NCBI GenBank assembly: GCA_018970785.1
Contig: JAGWVR010000002.1
Location: 1-64,000, forward strand
DNA: 64,000 nucleotides
Reading direction: 5' to 3'
Origin: Planctomycetota bacterium
Lineage (GTDB): Bacteria > Planctomycetota > Planctomycetia > Pirellulales > UBA1268
Shown: piece by piece, positions 60,485-64,000 of the stretch
How the letters are laid out: every line of letters begins with the position of its first letter
How positions within the stretch are numbered: position 1 is the stretch's first letter
The notes under the pieces: model-generated
Database searches by the model: none
Told to the model about the DNA's origin: nothing
What the model saw: only the letters and a program-made list of their open reading frames with translations
Translations under genes and position numbers: made by a program

Positions 60485-63400
60485 GGGAATACTCCGCCGG
60501 AAGTCAGGAAAGGAAGCCGCCATCCGCACCGTCACGAAGCGCGACGAGCCTAACGCCCCGGCGGCCGACGGGCCAGCGCCCCTGCCGGCCGGCAGCCCGC
60601 TCCCCCCCCCGCCCGCCGCCGTCGAACGCTGCCTGCACGCCGCCGGGCTCGACAACCGCCCGGTGCTCATCGCGGTCGACAGCGACGTCGCCCTCGACGG
60701 CACCCCCGACCGGGAGTGGCTCGTCGTCACCGCCGACCACCTCTCGGTCGTCGCCGATGCCCCCCCGGCGGCCGGCGAACACGCCGGCGCCTCCCCGGCG
60801 GCCCGGCTCGTGCGCTTCGTCCCCTGGCCGGAGGTCGAGCAGGTGCGGACCAGCGCCGGCGTCGGCGGCGGCACGCTCCAGGTGAAGGCCGATGGCGGCT
60901 GGATCGACCTGATCCGGTTTTCCAACGCGCTGGCGACCCGCTTCCACAAGGTTTCGCGGGCCCTCGAACAGGCGCGTGAAGCCGCTCCCGCCGAGGGCGA
61001 CGCCCCGCTGGCGATCGAGAGTCCGATCGCGATCGAGGGGCCGCTCGATCCGCCGCGCTGCCCGTCGTGCTCGCTGCGGCTGACCGTCCGCGAGGAATCC
61101 TGCCCGCGCTGCATGCAGAAGGGGAGGATCCTCGCGCGCGTCGCCGCGATCCTCGCACCCCACCGGGGCGGTGCCATCGCGCTGTGCCTGCTGACGCTCC
61201 TCGGCGTGGTCGCCGAACTGGTGCCACCCAAGCTCCAGCAATACATGGTCGACGACGTCCTCTCCGGCAGCGCCGCGGCGCGCGCGGCCGACGGGGCGAC
61301 GACCTCCCCGGCCGACTTCCGTACCGCACTCCTCGTGGTCGTGCTGGCACTGGCGTTTTCGCGGATCGTGCTCTCGGTGGTGGGCGTCCTCAAGGGGCGC
61401 TTGGCGACGACGATCGGCACGGGGCTGGCCGGATCGCTGCGCCGCGAGATGGTCGACAAGCTGCAGAACCTCGCGATCGCTTACTACGACCGCCACCAGG
61501 TCGGCTCGATGATCAGCCGCGTGGCCCACGACAGCGAGGTCCTCCACGGCCTGATGCACCAGATCACCGGAGGCTTCCTCCTCCAGATCGTGCAGTTGGT
61601 CGGCGTCGGCGCGATGCTCGTCTGGATCAACCCCAAGCTCGCGCTGTTCACGCTGATCCCGGTGCCGCTGGTGATCCTCGGCTCGTGGATCTTCTGGCGG
61701 CACGTCTACCCGCGCCACTACCGGCTGTGGGACGCGTCGAGCAAGCAGATGGCGGCGCTGTCGGGGATGCTGTCGGGGATCCGCGTCGTCAAGGCCTTCG
61801 CCCAGGAGCCGAGGGAGCGCGAGCGGTTCCAGCAGGCCAGCGACCACCTCTCCGACTGGCGGCTGTGGGTCGAGCGCACCAACTCCACCTACTCGGCGAC
61901 GATGCAGATCGTGTTCAGCCTCGGCGGGTTGATCGTCTGGTACGTCGGCGGCCTCGACGTGATCGGCGCGAAGATGTCGCTCGGCCAGCTGATCGCGTTC
62001 CTCGCCTACCTGGCGATGTTCTACGCGCCGCTGGGGGCGCTCTCGAACTTCACCACCTGGCTGACGAGCTTCCTCTCCGGCAGCCAGCGCGTCCTCGAAC
62101 TGCTCGACACGCCGGTGACGATCCCCGACGCCACGGATCCGGCACCGTGGCCGGAGGTGCGCGGCGAACTCGGCTTCTCCGGTGTGACCTTCGGCTACGA
62201 CCGCAACCAGCCGGTCCTCCGCGACGTGAGCTTCACCGTCGCCCCTGGCGAGATGGTCGGGATCGTCGGCCGCTCGGGGTCGGGAAAGACGACGCTGGTC
62301 AACCTGCTGGGGCGGTTCTACGACGTCCAAGAGGGGGCGATCACGATCGACGGGATCGACGTGCGGAAGCTGTCGACGCGGCAGCTGCGCGAGCGCCTCG
62401 GGATCGTGTTCCAGGACTCGTTCCTGTTTCGCGGCACGATCTGGAAGAACCTCTCCTACGGGCGCCCCGGCGCGACGATCGAGCAGGGGCTCGAGGCGGC
62501 CAAGGCGGCCGGGGCCCACGACTTCCTCTGCCGCCAGCCGCTGGCCTACGAGACGCTCCTCGGCGAGCACGGCGCCGGACTGTCGGGAGGCGAGAAGCAG
62601 CGCCTCTCGATCGCGCGGACGCTGCTCTACGACCCGCGGATCCTCGTCCTCGACGAGGCCACCAGCAACATCGACGCCGAGGCCGAGAAGGCGATCCAGG
62701 AAGCGCTCGCCGAGCTCGTCCGCGGCCGGACGACGATCGCCATCGCCCACCGGCTGTCGACGCTGCGCAACGCCGACCGGATCCTCGCCTTCGACCGCGG
62801 CCGGCTGGTGGAGCAGGGAACCCACGCCGAGTTGCTCGCCCGCGACGGGATCTACGCCCGGCTGGTGCGCATCCAGACGCAGGTCACCAAGCAGCCGACG
62901 GTCGACACGCTTCTCGCCGAGACGGACAAGGACCAGCCCCGCGACGAGCCGACGGTGGCCCCCACGCCACGGCGGACGACGGGGATCCGCTGGCTCGACC
63001 CGTCCCGGCACCGCTTCCAGCGCGGCGATCACGACCGGATCGTGCTCCTCGAGGAGGGCACGGCACTGGCGGCGGCGGCGTTCATCGTCCGCACCTTCCC
63101 GGCGTCGTGGCCCCAGGCCTGGCTGTCGGTGCGCGGCTGGAACGAAAACGGCGACGAGATCGAGCTGGGGATGATCCGCGACCTCGCCGACTGGCCCACG
63201 GCCGACCGCGCGGTGATCGATGCGGCGCTCCGCCGTCGGGCGCTGATCCGCGAGATCAGCCGCGTCCACGCCGTGCGCCTCGGCCACGGCTACCTCGACT
63301 TCGACGTCGAAACCGACGTCGGTCGCCGCCGGTTCACGACGCGCTGGACGCAGAGCCAGGCCGTCGAGTTCGGCGCCGAAGGGAAGATGCTCGTCGATAC

Positions 63401-63485
63401 CGAGGAGAACCGCTGGGTCGTGCGCCGCCTCGACGACCTCCCCCAGCCCGACCGGGAGCGGTTCCTCCAGTACATCTACTGGTGA
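60483..63485 (+). CDS. ABC exporter (fused permease + ATPase, MsbA/type-I-exporter-like) with an N-terminal extension (PH-like domain + CxxC...CxxC zinc ribbon) and an about 190-aa C-terminal extension (PH-like tandem), 1000 aa at the longest start
   Basis: TMD with six helices from about residue 215. NBD Walker A GRSGSGKTT, signature LSGGEKQR, Walker B ILVLDEAT, H-loop. N-terminal CPSCSLRLTVREESCPRCMQKG. Both the N-terminal (WLVVTADHLSVV...RLVRFVPWPEVEQVR) and C-terminal (RIVLLEEGTALAAAAFIVRTFPASW..) extensions have bacterial-PH-like patterns. The first 11 codons have poor GC3, so the true start is probably internal (for example GTG 60663). Confidence 0.75.
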   Translation: MGILRRKSGKEAAIRTVTKRDEPNAPAADGPAPLPAGSPLPPPPAAVERCLHAAGLDNRPVLIAVDSDVALDGTPDREWLVVTADHLSVVADAPPAAGEHAGASPAARLVRFVPWPEVEQVRTSAGVGGGTLQVKADGGWIDLIRFSNALATRFHKVSRALEQAREAAPAEGDAPLAIESPIAIEGPLDPPRCPSCSLRLTVREESCPRCMQKGRILARVAAILAPHRGGAIALCLLTLLGVVAELVPPKLQQYMVDDVLSGSAAARAADGATTSPADFRTALLVVVLALAFSRIVLSVVGVLKGRLATTIGTGLAGSLRREMVDKLQNLAIAYYDRHQVGSMISRVAHDSEVLHGLMHQITGGFLLQIVQLVGVGAMLVWINPKLALFTLIPVPLVILGSWIFWRHVYPRHYRLWDASSKQMAALSGMLSGIRVVKAFAQEPRERERFQQASDHLSDWRLWVERTNSTYSATMQIVFSLGGLIVWYVGGLDVIGAKMSLGQLIAFLAYLAMFYAPLGALSNFTTWLTSFLSGSQRVLELLDTPVTIPDATDPAPWPEVRGELGFSGVTFGYDRNQPVLRDVSFTVAPGEMVGIVGRSGSGKTTLVNLLGRFYDVQEGAITIDGIDVRKLSTRQLRERLGIVFQDSFLFRGTIWKNLSYGRPGATIEQGLEAAKAAGAHDFLCRQPLAYETLLGEHGAGLSGGEKQRLSIARTLLYDPRILVLDEATSNIDAEAEKAIQEALAELVRGRTTIAIAHRLSTLRNADRILAFDRGRLVEQGTHAELLARDGIYARLVRIQTQVTKQPTVDTLLAETDKDQPRDEPTVAPTPRRTTGIRWLDPSRHRFQRGDHDRIVLLEEGTALAAAAFIVRTFPASWPQAWLSVRGWNENGDEIELGMIRDLADWPTADRAVIDAALRRRALIREISRVHAVRLGHGYLDFDVETDVGRRRFTTRWTQSQAVEFGAEGKMLVDTEENRWVVRRLDDLPQPDRERFLQYIYW

Positions 63486-63524
63486 GCGGCGCCGGTGGAC
63501 CGTACCACCGGCCCGCCCGCGTCG

Positions 63525-64000
63525 TCACACGATCGCCAGCGGGTCACGCCGGGTTTCGAGCGTGCCGGTCGTGACGCCGACGCGGTTCATCGCGCCCAGA
63601 CGCGTGCGGACGGTGCGGGCGTCGAGCGTGCCGGCGAGCAACTCGCGATAGGCGGAGACGACGGTCGCGACCTCGGCAGCCGACTCGGCGAGCACCTCGA
63701 CGCGGAGGTCGCGGACCCCGACCGCGCGCAGCCGTGCGACGACCTCGGCGCCGGTCTGGGGGACGGCGTTGTACAGCGTGTTGCGGCAGCCGACGTCGGC
63801 GGTGAGCGGATGCTCGACCCCGATCCGGTCGCGGAGGTGGACGACGTGGTCGTCGCACGGCCGGCCGCAGTTGGTCTTGTCGGTCCCCGGCGAGAGCACC
63901 GCGCAGAACACGCAGTGCTCCATGTGGAACAGCGGCATCCGCTGGTGGATCACCACCTCGAGCGCCCCGCCGGGCACGGCTTCGGCAAGGGCGAGGAGCT
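63525..64000 (-). CDS. Partial CDS (C-terminal part in window; gene continues beyond the window end): possible U32-family peptidase-like protein with a Cys-rich metal site
   Basis: CVFCAVLSPGTDKTNCGRPC cysteine cluster. The ORF stays open to position 64000 and the GTG at 63977 is only the first in-window start. Family assignment is tentative. Confidence 0.35.
   Translation of the reverse strand, partial: LLALAEAVPGGALEVVIHQRMPLFHMEHCVFCAVLSPGTDKTNCGRPCDDHVVHLRDRIGVEHPLTADVGCRNTLYNAVPQTGAEVVARLRAVGVRDLRVEVLAESAAEVATVVSAYRELLAGTLDARTVRTRLGAMNRVGVTTGTLETRRDPLAIV

Overview
This window is high-GC (about 70%) bacterial chromosomal DNA with strong third-position GC bias in real genes. Several Planctomycetes-type families (a DUF1501 protein next to a PSCyt/DUF1549/DUF1553 protein, DUF1080 domains, Tat-signal Gfo/Idh/MocA oxidoreductase, secreted HEAT-repeat proteins, DUF11, ThuA) point to a Planctomycetota-like genome. 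I support about 45 protein-coding genes. No tRNA, rRNA, CRISPR array or mobile element was recognised. Housekeeping genes: carA, mutY, tmk-holB (4-nt ATGA overlap), fumC, glnB, ribD, the conserved infC-rpmI-rplT-pheS-pheT block, a housekeeping-type sigma-70 with an N-terminal HTH extension, a class I aminotransferase, a SurA-like tandem PPIase, cysK, and an orphan H4MPT-pathway formyltransferase (ftr/fhcD). Accessory-looking content: a small secreted Cys/His/Met-rich protein; a flotillin-like SPFH protein behind a long leader carrying a perfect TATAAT, an 18-bp palindrome and three perfect hairpins; a membrane protein translationally coupled to an S9 peptidase; a co-directional DUF4139 / PSCyt-DUF1553 / DUF1501 / acyltransferase-3 block; a CE15-esterase::DUF1080 fusion beside a Tat Gfo/Idh/MocA oxidoreductase and two HEAT-repeat proteins; a sigma-54 activator divergent from a SEC-C-motif protein coupled to ribD; a candidate sigma-54 promoter upstream of ftr; and an ABC exporter with PH-like extensions on both ends plus a zinc ribbon. 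Because of the GC content, many very long ORFs in the six-frame track are antisense or composite artefacts; each gene was delimited by codon bias, homology motifs, RBS and signal peptides. Every functional call is homology-by-eye from translated motifs and would need a database search to confirm.
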